Made by a program: the position numbers and the translations under genes. Source: an uncultured Pseudobdellovibrionaceae bacterium (lineage in GTDB: Bacteria; Bdellovibrionota_B; Oligoflexia; Oligoflexales; Bog-1112). Taken from it: a stretch of 64,000 nucleotides of DNA. This document shows, piece after piece, positions 18,292-27,161 of this stretch; position 1 is the first letter of the stretch; every line of letters starts with the position of its first letter. The notes under the pieces are model-generated. The model searched no databases. It saw only the letters and a program-made list of their open reading frames with translations, and was not told the origin of the DNA. The stretch spans positions 3,849 to 67,848 of the forward strand of contig CAZWOL010000006.1 in the NCBI GenBank assembly GCA_964635325.1, read 5' to 3'.

Positions 18292-20052
18292 GTGTCTCCC
18301 TTCCTACGTTCCAACAGATCCTTTCTCCATCGCTTCATTCGACCCTATGGTCTAAGCATTGTTGGAGCCTCTTTTTTTTCTCTGCTTCTAAGCTTATGTG
18401 CGACGAGTCTTGCTATACTTGTTGGTCCAACATTGCGCTTGCTCCTCGATATGGATTTCACAAAAACTGTATCTTTGACAGAGCTGTTTGGTCCTAATCT
18501 AGGTCATGTTTTGAGAGTTTTTTGGCCTACGCAAGAACTCAGCATGGCTAGTCTTTTGTCTAGCCTTCCGTACATGCTTCTCACACTTGCCGTTCTAAAA
18601 TTGACAGTGGGAACTTCGCAATACTTTCTCTGGGAACGTGTTTCTGAATTGATGTCACGTGACCTACGTCAATATTTGAACGATCGATTCTTAAACATGC
18701 ATCCCAGTTTGCGCAAACACCGGGACCATGAACAACGTGAGGCTATACTTTCAACTCTTATAACTACTGATGTGAAGTTGATTCGTGAATACTTGGTTCA
18801 CTTCTATGGTGGACTCCCTCGGGAAATGTTGCACATCGTTTTTATTGGCCAGACTCTTGTCTTGCTGTCTCCAAAACTCTGTGCCCTTTTCTTTTTTGGG
18901 GTAATCCCTGGTGTAGTCATTGTTCGTCTTCTCGGACGCAAACTCAAAAAACGCGCTCAACTTGCATTACAAGACTACTCACAACTTACAGAATGGTTGC
19001 AACAACGTTTAATGGGTGTTGAAACCATCAAGCACTATCGCACTGAATCTTTGGAAAGCACAAAAATGGAGCATCATTCGGAACTGATGGTGCAAAAATT
19101 CCTTCGGGCTGCTCGCGTCAAAGCGCGATCAGGTCCCATGTTAGAGTTCGTTGGCATAGCAGCAATGACGCTTGTGTTGTTCATTGCTTTCCATGACATC
19201 CAAAACAACACGCTGCAAGCATCTGCTGCTATTTCTTTCTTTGCAGGCCTTGCAATGCTTGCCCAGTCTGGCAACACTGTCGGACGCTATCTCAATAGCA
19301 ATCGAGAAGGGGCTGCTGCTATAGAACGAGTACGTGGTTTTCTGCTGGACTTACAAAAAGCTGAAGATGGCGTAGTACGCTCTTCAATTTCTTACTCTCC
19401 AATTGATTCTGTCCTAACTCTGGATGCTGTCAGTGCGTCCTATCCTGGGAGTCATGAAAGTGCGATGTCCCAATTCTCTTACACGTTTGAAAAGGGCAAA
19501 ATATACTGCCTAAGCGGACCATCAGGTGCCGGTAAGTCTACGCTTTTCAATGTGATCCTTAACAATCTGATCCCACATCAAGGACAGATCACTTTTGCAA
19601 ATAATGTTCAGGCACGCGGCCTAGGTTATTTGCCACAAGACATACAACTTTTTTACGGTACAATTGCAGACAATGTGATTTATCCAAATCGAGAAGTGAA
19701 CACAGCTCGACTCGAGAAAATTCTTCGAAGTGTAGGCCTTTGGAAAACAATAGAAAACTTACCTCAGGGAGTTCATACGATCGTAGGAGCAAAGGGTCGA
19801 GACCTCTCTGGGGGGCAGTACCAAAGAATACATCTCGCACGCATTCTCTATCACGACTATCCTTTGATTCTCATCGACGAAGGCACTTCTTCGTTAGATC
19901 CAGAAAATGAAAATCTAATCTGTGAGTTGCTGCTCGAAAAGGTTAAGGAAGGATGCACCATCCTAATGGTCTCTCACCGACCAACACCTTTGCAGTATGC
20001 GGATACTATTCTACGCATCCAGAACGGACGCCTTATGAATACAGCTCACTAG
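18292..20052 (+). CDS. ABC exporter, fused permease/ATPase (type I exporter, MsbA-like fold)
   Basis: 586 aa. N-terminal six-helix TMD, Walker A GPSGAGKST, signature LSGGQYQR, Walker B LILIDEGTSSLD. GTG start 2 nt after the clpP stop. Confidence 0.9.
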   Translation: MSPFLRSNRSFLHRFIRPYGLSIVGASFFSLLLSLCATSLAILVGPTLRLLLDMDFTKTVSLTELFGPNLGHVLRVFWPTQELSMASLLSSLPYMLLTLAVLKLTVGTSQYFLWERVSELMSRDLRQYLNDRFLNMHPSLRKHRDHEQREAILSTLITTDVKLIREYLVHFYGGLPREMLHIVFIGQTLVLLSPKLCALFFFGVIPGVVIVRLLGRKLKKRAQLALQDYSQLTEWLQQRLMGVETIKHYRTESLESTKMEHHSELMVQKFLRAARVKARSGPMLEFVGIAAMTLVLFIAFHDIQNNTLQASAAISFFAGLAMLAQSGNTVGRYLNSNREGAAAIERVRGFLLDLQKAEDGVVRSSISYSPIDSVLTLDAVSASYPGSHESAMSQFSYTFEKGKIYCLSGPSGAGKSTLFNVILNNLIPHQGQITFANNVQARGLGYLPQDIQLFYGTIADNVIYPNREVNTARLEKILRSVGLWKTIENLPQGVHTIVGAKGRDLSGGQYQRIHLARILYHDYPLILIDEGTSSLDPENENLICELLLEKVKEGCTILMVSHRPTPLQYADTILRIQNGRLMNTAH

Positions 20053-20054
20053 GT

Positions 20055-20118
20055 ATGTGTTGAAAAACTGTCATCTCTCGGTTTGATTGAAGATGACGTC
20101 ATCGCAGCGTCAACACAT
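20055..20118. terminator. Nested inverted repeats between the convergent ABC exporter and etfA genes (possible bidirectional terminator)
   Basis: Outer arms ATGTGTTGA (20055-20063) and TCAACACAT (20110-20118). Inner arms GTCATCT (20070-20076) and AGATGAC (20091-20097). Also contains the palindrome GATGACGTCATC (20092-20103). No clean U-tract. Confidence 0.35.
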
Positions 20119-20119
20119 C

Positions 20120-21085
20120 CTAGTCAAGCAAGGCCTTTAGTTTTTTTGTAAGTAGAGGAACAACTTCAAAAAGATCTGCAACGATACCGTAGGTCGCTAC
20201 AGAAAAAATTGGAGCATCGGGATCAGTGTTGATTGCAACAACCACTTTGGAGGTTCGCATACCTGCCATGTGTTGGATGGAACCACTAATACCACAAGCT
20301 ATGTAAAGAGTTGGGTTGACCGTCTTCCCTGTCTGTCCCACTTGCATATCATGGGTTGCATATCCAGAATCTACAGCAGCACGAGAGGCACCAACGGTTG
20401 CACCAAGAACTTCCGCACAGTCGTTTAGTATCGAAAATTTTTCTGCGCTTCCCAAAGATCGACCACCGGAAACAATACGAGTTGCTTCGCTCAAGTCTGG
20501 TTTTTCGCTCTTACCTTTGCGAACCTCGAGTATTTTAAGTGGAACATCATCCGAAAGTTGCACATTCAATTTTTCGACAGTAGCCTGACCTGGACTTTCT
20601 TTTGCTGTAAAAACGTTTGGTCGCAAACTTGCAAAACGCAATCCTGATTTAGTAAAAGCCACTTTTGCAAGAACCTTACCAGCGTACATTGGTTTTGTTC
20701 CACCGCTAAGATCATCTTTCACATCAATCAGATCTGTCAAAAGTGGAGCAGAAAAACGCGGAGCCATTCGAGCAAAAAGATCACGTCCCATGGGTGAGGC
20801 AACACCTAACACCACATCGGGTTGAAATGTTTTGATCGCAGCTTCAAGAGCTGACGCATAATGGAAAGGATTGTAGTGATTCAACCGCGCATCATCAGCA
20901 ATATAAACCTTATCGGCTCCATGATTCTTGAGTTGTGTACTGAGGCTTTCCACACCTGAACCAATCAGCAGAGCTGCAACATTAGTCGCTTGACCACCAC
21001 TCGCTCGACTTGCAACGGTCAAGGCTTCCAAGGCATAGGATTTTAATTTCTTATCTCGCTGTTCGCAAAACACCAAAACTTTCAT
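20120..21085 (-). CDS. etfA: Electron transfer flavoprotein alpha subunit
   Basis: FAD-binding C-terminal block YIACGISGSIQHMAGM. The ATG at 21085 (MKVLVFCEQ) is preceded by AAAGGAA and lies 13 nt after the etfB stop; the ORF-track start 21121 would overlap etfB. Confidence 0.92.
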   Translation of the reverse strand: MKVLVFCEQRDKKLKSYALEALTVASRASGGQATNVAALLIGSGVESLSTQLKNHGADKVYIADDARLNHYNPFHYASALEAAIKTFQPDVVLGVASPMGRDLFARMAPRFSAPLLTDLIDVKDDLSGGTKPMYAGKVLAKVAFTKSGLRFASLRPNVFTAKESPGQATVEKLNVQLSDDVPLKILEVRKGKSEKPDLSEATRIVSGGRSLGSAEKFSILNDCAEVLGATVGASRAAVDSGYATHDMQVGQTGKTVNPTLYIACGISGSIQHMAGMRTSKVVVAINTDPDAPIFSVATYGIVADLFEVVPLLTKKLKALLD

Positions 21086-21098
21086 CCGAGGTTCCTTT

Positions 21099-21890
21099 CT
21101 AAATAACTTTAACTTCTTCACGCAGGAGTTTTACAAGTTTGTCGACCATAGCTTCGACAGGTTCACCTTGGAAAATTTTGCCTTTGGGTTTTTGTGCTGG
21201 ATAAGAATAACCTTCGATACTCACACCCTGCAAAGCCTGAAGGGTTGCGCTATCAAGCCCAAAATCTTTTGGAGACTTAGTATCGAGAGGCTTTTTCTTG
21301 GCCTTCATGATACCTGGCAAAGATGCGTAACGAGGTGTGTTCAAAGATTTGTGTGCACCCAAAACCGCAGGAAGACGCGTCTCATAAACCTCTTTTTGAC
21401 CACCCTCAATCTCTCGTTCGATGGTCAACTTATCTCCACTCATCTGCACTTGAGAGACAACATTGATATGAGGCCAACCTAAAAACTCGGCAACCATCAC
21501 ACCAACGTGCATGTTGTCATCATCAATAGCTTGCTTGCCACCTAAAACTAAGTCACCTTTTTCTGCTTTAATGGCTGCTGCAAGAATTTTAGAAACCACG
21601 AGAGAATCGCAATTTTCTAACCCAGCATTATCAATGAGCAGACCTCGATCAGCGCCCATCGCAAGGCCTTTAATAATGCGTTCCTTTGCTGCGACCGGAC
21701 CAAAACAGACAAGAACAACTTCGGTTCCTGGTGTTTTCTCTTGAATACGCAGAGCTTCTTCGATCGCAAACTCATCGTAGGGATTCAAAATGAATTTTGC
21801 CTGACCAAAGTCGATAGATTTAGCATCCGAACTCAACACTATTTGTGTTTCAGTGTCCGGAGTTTGTTTGAGCATGACTAATATTTTCAC
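21099..21890 (-). CDS. etfB: Electron transfer flavoprotein beta subunit
   Basis: 263 aa, MKILVMLKQTPDTE... is the canonical EtfB N-terminus. Immediately upstream of etfA. Confidence 0.92.
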   Translation of the reverse strand: MKILVMLKQTPDTETQIVLSSDAKSIDFGQAKFILNPYDEFAIEEALRIQEKTPGTEVVLVCFGPVAAKERIIKGLAMGADRGLLIDNAGLENCDSLVVSKILAAAIKAEKGDLVLGGKQAIDDDNMHVGVMVAEFLGWPHINVVSQVQMSGDKLTIEREIEGGQKEVYETRLPAVLGAHKSLNTPRYASLPGIMKAKKKPLDTKSPKDFGLDSATLQALQGVSIEGYSYPAQKPKGKIFQGEPVEAMVDKLVKLLREEVKVI

Positions 21891-21965
21891 ATAAACTCCT
21901 AGCCTGTTGATAATGCTCCAGGGGCAAAAACTCTAGCACGGCTTGCGACGAAGGAACAAGATTTC

Positions 21966-23123
21966 CTAGCCGCCCCACATCGGAAAGTTCTTCATCATCG
22001 CTGCCGTTCCTTTACCCAATGCCTTGGTATAGCCAAGATCATTCATAGCAAGCTCGACTGCAGCTATAGCTGCAAGTAGATCAAATGGGTCAACAAAACC
22101 AAAGTGTGCGAGGCGCAAAATTTTCCCCTTCAAATGATCCTGTCCACCGGCAATGGTAATTCCGTAATGACGCGTTAAACGAATACCAAGCTGCTTAGCA
22201 TCGATACCTGGAGGCATAAGAAACGGTGTGAGAGAATGTGCATAGCTATGCTTAACCAGAGGCTCTAGCTCCATAGCCGCTAAGGATTCACGTACAGCAT
22301 GCGTCATTTTTTCGTGGAATGCATAGAGGTTCTCACGTCCGATTTTTGTCAAACTTTGCAAAGATGCTTGAAGTGTCACAATGGACTGAGTTCCGGGAGT
22401 CCACGCTGTTTTACCAACACTTTGTGCTTTGATTTCTTCTGCGAGGTTAAAGTAAAAGCGTTGACGCGAAGACATACGAGAGCGCGCGCGTTCAGAGAGC
22501 GCCAAAAATGCTAGCCCCCCACCAACTCCAAAACCTTTTTGACTAGCTGCAAAAACGCAGTCTATGCCCCATGCATCCATTTTCATTTCATGACAGAGTA
22601 CCGAAGAAAGCGAATCGACAATAACCAAAGCATCACTATGCTGACGCACAATCGATGCAAATTCGTGTACGGGGAAGTAGGCCCCTGTCGAAGTTTCGAC
22701 AGCCTGGAAAAACACGGCTTTCACCTTGGGGTTTTTCTTGAGATGCATACGAAAGTCATCAGGGCTTAGCGATTGACCCCATGGGACGTTGACCACATAA
22801 GCATCACATCCATAGGCCTCAGCCATCTTAACCCAGCGATCACCAAACTTTCCCCCTGTTACCATCAGTATTTGGGTTCCGGGGTCCGTAAAGTTCACCA
22901 TTGCGGCTTCCATAGCCCCAGTCCCTGAAGTGGTCAAAATAAGGGGTCGAGTCTGGGTACCGAAGAAATTCTTCAGCATATCCGAACAGTTCATTATGAT
23001 GCTGTAAAAGAGGTCAGTTCTGTGATAAGGATTATTATCTACTGCGGCAAATTGAGAAGCTAAAGGAATTGCTGTTGGTCCAGGAGCAAAGAGTCGCTTC
23101 TTGAGCAAATGACTGAAATCCAT
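21966..23123 (-). CDS. Class-V aminotransferase (serine-pyruvate / alanine-glyoxylate type)
   Basis: Contains LFAPGPT at the N-terminus, TSGTGAMEAAMVN and the PLP-Lys context ASQKGFG. The start at MDFSHLL (23123) is preferred over 23135. Confidence 0.85.
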   Translation of the reverse strand: MDFSHLLKKRLFAPGPTAIPLASQFAAVDNNPYHRTDLFYSIIMNCSDMLKNFFGTQTRPLILTTSGTGAMEAAMVNFTDPGTQILMVTGGKFGDRWVKMAEAYGCDAYVVNVPWGQSLSPDDFRMHLKKNPKVKAVFFQAVETSTGAYFPVHEFASIVRQHSDALVIVDSLSSVLCHEMKMDAWGIDCVFAASQKGFGVGGGLAFLALSERARSRMSSRQRFYFNLAEEIKAQSVGKTAWTPGTQSIVTLQASLQSLTKIGRENLYAFHEKMTHAVRESLAAMELEPLVKHSYAHSLTPFLMPPGIDAKQLGIRLTRHYGITIAGGQDHLKGKILRLAHFGFVDPFDLLAAIAAVELAMNDLGYTKALGKGTAAMMKNFPMWGG

Positions 23124-23156
23124 AAACCACCTCACATGATTAGTAGTTAGATCGCT

Positions 23157-23768
23157 ATGATATCTCTCATAACAAGTTTGGGACTTTTATTCATTGCTCC
23201 TTTTTTATATAGGGCAGCAATTCGTGTCAAAAGAGTTTGGTCTGCTGTCGAAAAACTCATGAACATTACTGTCACGGCACTGGTGGTTCTCCATCTTTTG
23301 CCGGAGAGCATACATATAGTGGGTTGGCCTGCGATCGTTTTTGCGTTCATCGGACTATTTTTACCAGGCCTGCTCGAACGCTTGTGGGAAAGGGGAGCTG
23401 AACAAGTTCACCTGGTATCCATCATGCTTTCCTTGATAGGACTGATTATTCATGGCTTACTTGACGGAGCTGCTTTAGCGACACCGGTTTCAAGCTCAAA
23501 CAACTTACCACTTGCAGTTGTCTTGCACACTCTTCCTGCAGGCATGCTGATCTGTTCGATCTTCTATCCACGATCTCAAAAGTACGTGCCCCCAATCCTA
23601 TTAGGCACTTTAGGAGTTTCGACTCTGCTGGGTTTTTTTGCTGGATCGCGTTTCTTTTCAATGCAAGAACATGCTGCCTATTTTGCGGCGTTTCAGGCAT
23701 TCGTTGCTGGATCATTCCTGCATATCACGTTTGATACCCACGACCCTCACAAGGGGCATAAGCATTGA
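23157..23768 (+). CDS. Short ZIP-like metal transporter / His-rich membrane protein
   Basis: 203 aa, about 6 hydrophobic helices. Contains IHGLLDGAALA and LHTLPAGML (H-x-x-P-x-G), reminiscent of ZIP/ZupT metal-site helices, and a His-rich tail HDPHKGHKH. Confidence 0.5.
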   Translation: MISLITSLGLLFIAPFLYRAAIRVKRVWSAVEKLMNITVTALVVLHLLPESIHIVGWPAIVFAFIGLFLPGLLERLWERGAEQVHLVSIMLSLIGLIIHGLLDGAALATPVSSSNNLPLAVVLHTLPAGMLICSIFYPRSQKYVPPILLGTLGVSTLLGFFAGSRFFSMQEHAAYFAAFQAFVAGSFLHITFDTHDPHKGHKH

Positions 23769-23811
23769 TCGGACAAACCTAAGACCACCTGGCTACGCAG
23801 ACGTCTCTTGA

Positions 23812-24996
23812 CTACACTCCATTGCGCTCGGGATGGCCGCCCTCAGGAATTGCAAGTTTCATCCCCACAACCATACCACGTGAGCTGAGCTGTGGATTAA
23901 TCTGCAGCACCGTTTGAACAGAAACATGGTAGCGCTTAGCTAACTTAGCAATGGTGTCCCCTTTCGCAACTTTATGCATGCGAACGTCTTGGAACTGAAG
24001 ATACTGCAGTTTCGGTTCGACTCGCGCAAAGATCGGCACTAGAGTTGTTGGGACCCTCAACGCATAGGCCTCTCGACCAACCGCACGCTTAGGAGGTGTA
24101 ATGCTTCGAAGAAGCTCTGGATTCCACTCACGTAAGTTGCGTGTCGAAACACCTAATTTCTTAGCTAGCTCATCCAAATGCACAGGCCTTTGAATTCTAA
24201 TCATACCTTCAGGAAAGCTCTGACTCGCCTGCATTACTTTTGCAGGGAAACCAAAGTTCAGGGGGTCAGATCCCACGATAACAGCTGCTAGCAACTTAGG
24301 AACGAAATCTGCTGTTTCTTTTTTTAGAAAGCCTCGACGAACAAGTTCCCAATAGTCACGAGTACCCCCTTTTTTAATGGCCTCATCAACACGTCGAGGA
24401 CCACCATTGTAGGCTGCTAGAACTAAATACCAATCGTTGTAGCGAATATATAAATTCTTGAACAGGTTAGCTGCAGCATAAGTAGAACGAACAGGGTCAC
24501 GTCGCTGGTCAACCCAATCATTAACTTTGAGACCGTATCGCTCTCCAGTGTCTTGAACAATCTGCCATGGACCTACAGCTTTACGAGGAGAGGTTGCATG
24601 CAAGACAAAACCAGATTCGATGAGTGATACATAGTAAAATTCTGCAGGCACACCTTTTTCTAAAAGAACAGATTCTACAGAAGGACGAAAGGCTTCACCT
24701 CGAGCTGTCCACCCTAAAAAAGAACGATGGGCTTTAGTTTGAAAGTAATGCACCCATTTTTCAACACTTGCATTACGCACTATAGGCAAATGAATTCTAG
24801 TTTCGTCAAAAAGATTATCATCGACCTTGGAAGATTTTTGCTCTGATCGAGTAGAATTCGAAGCAGATTGAACTTCAGAGATAGGCTTAGACTCAGAAGG
24901 CAAACGCAAAGAACGACGACGAATAACGGTCGTCGAACAACCAATCAGCAAGAAAAATGAGAGTGCGTAAACCGCAACATTAAAAAATCGAAACAT
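23812..24996 (-). CDS. Membrane-bound lytic murein transglycosylase (MltD-like): lipoprotein, SLT domain plus two LysM domains
   Basis: Lipobox FLLIGCS. SLT catalytic block LIESGFVLHATSPRKAVGPWQI. Two C-terminal LysM-like repeats (LDELAKKLGVSTRNLREWNP; HKVAKGDTIAKLAKRYHVSVQTVLQINP). The ATG at 24996 is preceded by AAGGAAA; the ORF-track TTG is at 25014. Confidence 0.85.
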   Translation of the reverse strand: MFRFFNVAVYALSFFLLIGCSTTVIRRRSLRLPSESKPISEVQSASNSTRSEQKSSKVDDNLFDETRIHLPIVRNASVEKWVHYFQTKAHRSFLGWTARGEAFRPSVESVLLEKGVPAEFYYVSLIESGFVLHATSPRKAVGPWQIVQDTGERYGLKVNDWVDQRRDPVRSTYAAANLFKNLYIRYNDWYLVLAAYNGGPRRVDEAIKKGGTRDYWELVRRGFLKKETADFVPKLLAAVIVGSDPLNFGFPAKVMQASQSFPEGMIRIQRPVHLDELAKKLGVSTRNLREWNPELLRSITPPKRAVGREAYALRVPTTLVPIFARVEPKLQYLQFQDVRMHKVAKGDTIAKLAKRYHVSVQTVLQINPQLSSRGMVVGMKLAIPEGGHPERNGV

Positions 24997-25157
24997 TGAT
25001 TTTTCCTTTCCCAAAACTGTTGGGAGAATTCCATGACAGCAAAGGCTGACAATAGATTTGATTTCACTCGGATTCCTTCAAATAGATTCGATGTAGGGAG
25101 GATGTTCGCACGCAATGTACGCTACATGTCTGCCTATAATTCGGCGTCGAATCTGGC

Positions 25158-25175
25158 GTGATAATTTATTATCAC
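25158..25175. promoter_or_regulatory. Fur-family-like palindrome GTGATAAT-TT-ATTATCAC
   Basis: Perfect 8-bp arms. The core TGATAAT-N2-ATTATCA differs from the remembered 7-1-7 Fur box by one extra central nt. It lies about 75 nt downstream of the TonB-like stop and about 145-160 nt upstream of the MltD-like start. Confidence 0.3.
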
Positions 25176-25249
25176 AAAGTCCAGTCTGCGACAAGGCCTG
25201 CAGCTATCTTGGCGGGTTTTGGATTTTTACGAACATCACAAGAGTTGCT

Positions 25250-26173
25250 CTAATAATTTCCGAGCACATATGAGAATGCGCCTTTAACAACCAAGTGATC
25301 CTTCTGAAAACCCTTGGGCAGAGGGGCAAATGGGGAAGCTACGCGAATAGCATCTACTATCGCTTGATCCAGAACAGCGTAACCAGATGACTGCAAAACT
25401 TGAACTTTTGGAACACTTCCGTTGGCAGCAATAACAAATTTCACGAGGACCTGACCGTGCAAGCCTCGATGCGCTGCCTCACTGGGGTAAGTCCAAACCA
25501 ATTCAATTGCTTTACGCAGCCCTGTGAAATAGCCAATAAAACGATATTCCTGAGTATTGAGATCAAGCGTCTCACCTTCTTCAATAAGATCATCCAAATA
25601 ATCAACATATCCTTCATGCATTTCATTCTTTTCGATCATTTCGGATGATGATGCTAAAAGCTTTTCATACCCGTTCTCACCTTCATTTCTTGGTTTACCA
25701 AAACCGCTCTCCATTGGTGTCGGCATCTTTGCTAGATCACCTGCTTTTTTTTGCAATGCTGGTGTGGTTTTTTTTGTAAGAGCAGGTGCTTTGGGCTTTG
25801 ATTGCCCAGGATCAGCGGCCTTATCACGCTCACGCTTTTTAAGCTTCATCAATTTCTTAGCTTTGTGATCATTTTGACTTAGAAAGTCTGCATCGATAGG
25901 CTTTTCATTGGGGAGAAGTGGAGTCTCTAAGAGTCGCTTATCTTTCTCATCCTCTATCTTTAAAGGCTCCTGCTTCTTACTGGGATTGAGATCTTGCAAA
26001 TTGAGTTTGACATAGCCCTCGGGTAAAGCTGTCCGCAAAGAGTCTATATTTTTGATGAGACCTAAACGGTAGAGCAAGGCAACATGAGCAAAAAATGACA
26101 GCAGAAGAGCAAGAATCCAATAACAAGAAGCTTTGCTCTTCTTTTTATTTTGCGAGTCATTGAAATCAGTCAT
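25250..26173 (-). CDS. TonB-family energy-transducer-like protein
   Basis: N-terminal TM segment CYWILALLLSFFAHVALLY and a Lys/Pro-rich linker. C-terminal TonB_C-like block YPSEAAHRGLHGQVLVKFVIAANGSVPKVQVLQSSGYAVLDQAIVDAI. Start is ambiguous (ATG 26173 or TTG 26197). Confidence 0.8.
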   Translation of the reverse strand: MTDFNDSQNKKKSKASCYWILALLLSFFAHVALLYRLGLIKNIDSLRTALPEGYVKLNLQDLNPSKKQEPLKIEDEKDKRLLETPLLPNEKPIDADFLSQNDHKAKKLMKLKKRERDKAADPGQSKPKAPALTKKTTPALQKKAGDLAKMPTPMESGFGKPRNEGENGYEKLLASSSEMIEKNEMHEGYVDYLDDLIEEGETLDLNTQEYRFIGYFTGLRKAIELVWTYPSEAAHRGLHGQVLVKFVIAANGSVPKVQVLQSSGYAVLDQAIVDAIRVASPFAPLPKGFQKDHLVVKGAFSYVLGNY

Positions 26174-26339
26174 GCGAGCTACCGATCCTTGTAACAACTC
26201 TTAGCATTTACACTTTTGACAAATCGGGTACACTTCAGCTTTCGAGTTGAATTTTCCCTATTTGATGGTATCGGTCAGATTTGTTTTCGTTATAGCATCT
26301 TTTCGTGAGGGTCTGAAATTGGTTAATAAATTGAAACAC

Positions 26340-27074
26340 ATGTTCTTCTTCGGCCTATTACTCACCGCCAGCTGTGCAGAAAAGGGCATTGTCGATGATA
26401 ACCCGCAAGAATCCTTTGCGAATGTTCGCATTCCTTATGAAGATCATAATTTCGAAATCGCTATCAAAAAGCTTGGTGAATTTAAAAGTCGTTTCCCATA
26501 CAGCCGCTTTGCAAGCGAAGCTGAACTCCTTATTGCCGACTGTCACTTTGAGCTCGGTAAATTTGCAGAAGCCGGCGTCGAGTATGAGCAGTTTGTAAAA
26601 CTCCATCCCAAACACCCACAATTGGGATTTGCTCTCTTCAGGATAGGAATGTCCTATTGGAAAGATGCCCCGAATGAGATTGATCGCGAGCAAGAATACA
26701 CCCGTCTCGCTATTCAGAAGTGGCAGAGACTCTTGAAAGAATATCCTGACAGTTCTGAAAGTAGAGAAGCAAAACAGCTGATGGAAAAAGGACAACGTCG
26801 CATCGCAGAAGCACAGGACTTCATCGCACGTTTCTATTGTCGAAAAGAGATTTGGGATTCATGTGTGTACGAGAGCATGAACATTCTTGAGAACTTCCCA
26901 CACGAGAAGGATCTTGCGAAAGAAGCTATTCAACGAGCCGCAAAAGGTTTTGCAAAGCTTGCGAAGCATTACAATCCGGAGCACAAGGATAAAAATTTAT
27001 TCTATCGAGATTCCACAAAAGAAGACTTGGAGAAAAAAGCAAGAGAGTTTAAGGAACGAGCCGCACGCTTGTAG
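26340..27074 (+). CDS. bamD: Outer membrane protein assembly factor BamD (TPR lipoprotein)
   Basis: The ATG at 26340 gives MFFFGLLLTASCAEKG, with lipobox LTASC. The FPYSRFASEAELLIADCHFELGKF, HPKHPQ and EYPDSSESREA repeats fit BamD/YfiO. Confidence 0.85.
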   Translation: MFFFGLLLTASCAEKGIVDDNPQESFANVRIPYEDHNFEIAIKKLGEFKSRFPYSRFASEAELLIADCHFELGKFAEAGVEYEQFVKLHPKHPQLGFALFRIGMSYWKDAPNEIDREQEYTRLAIQKWQRLLKEYPDSSESREAKQLMEKGQRRIAEAQDFIARFYCRKEIWDSCVYESMNILENFPHEKDLAKEAIQRAAKGFAKLAKHYNPEHKDKNLFYRDSTKEDLEKKAREFKERAARL

Positions 27075-27161
27075 TTACGTTCATCCGAATCGACACATTG
27101 ACTAAGTAGGCGCCCCTCGACAGAGCCTACCCTGAGAGAAGGGGGCTCGGAGTGACAGGTA

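Noticed and set aside
26358-26795. 145-aa minus-strand ORF
   Set aside because: It is antisense to bamD. No SD or recognisable motif.
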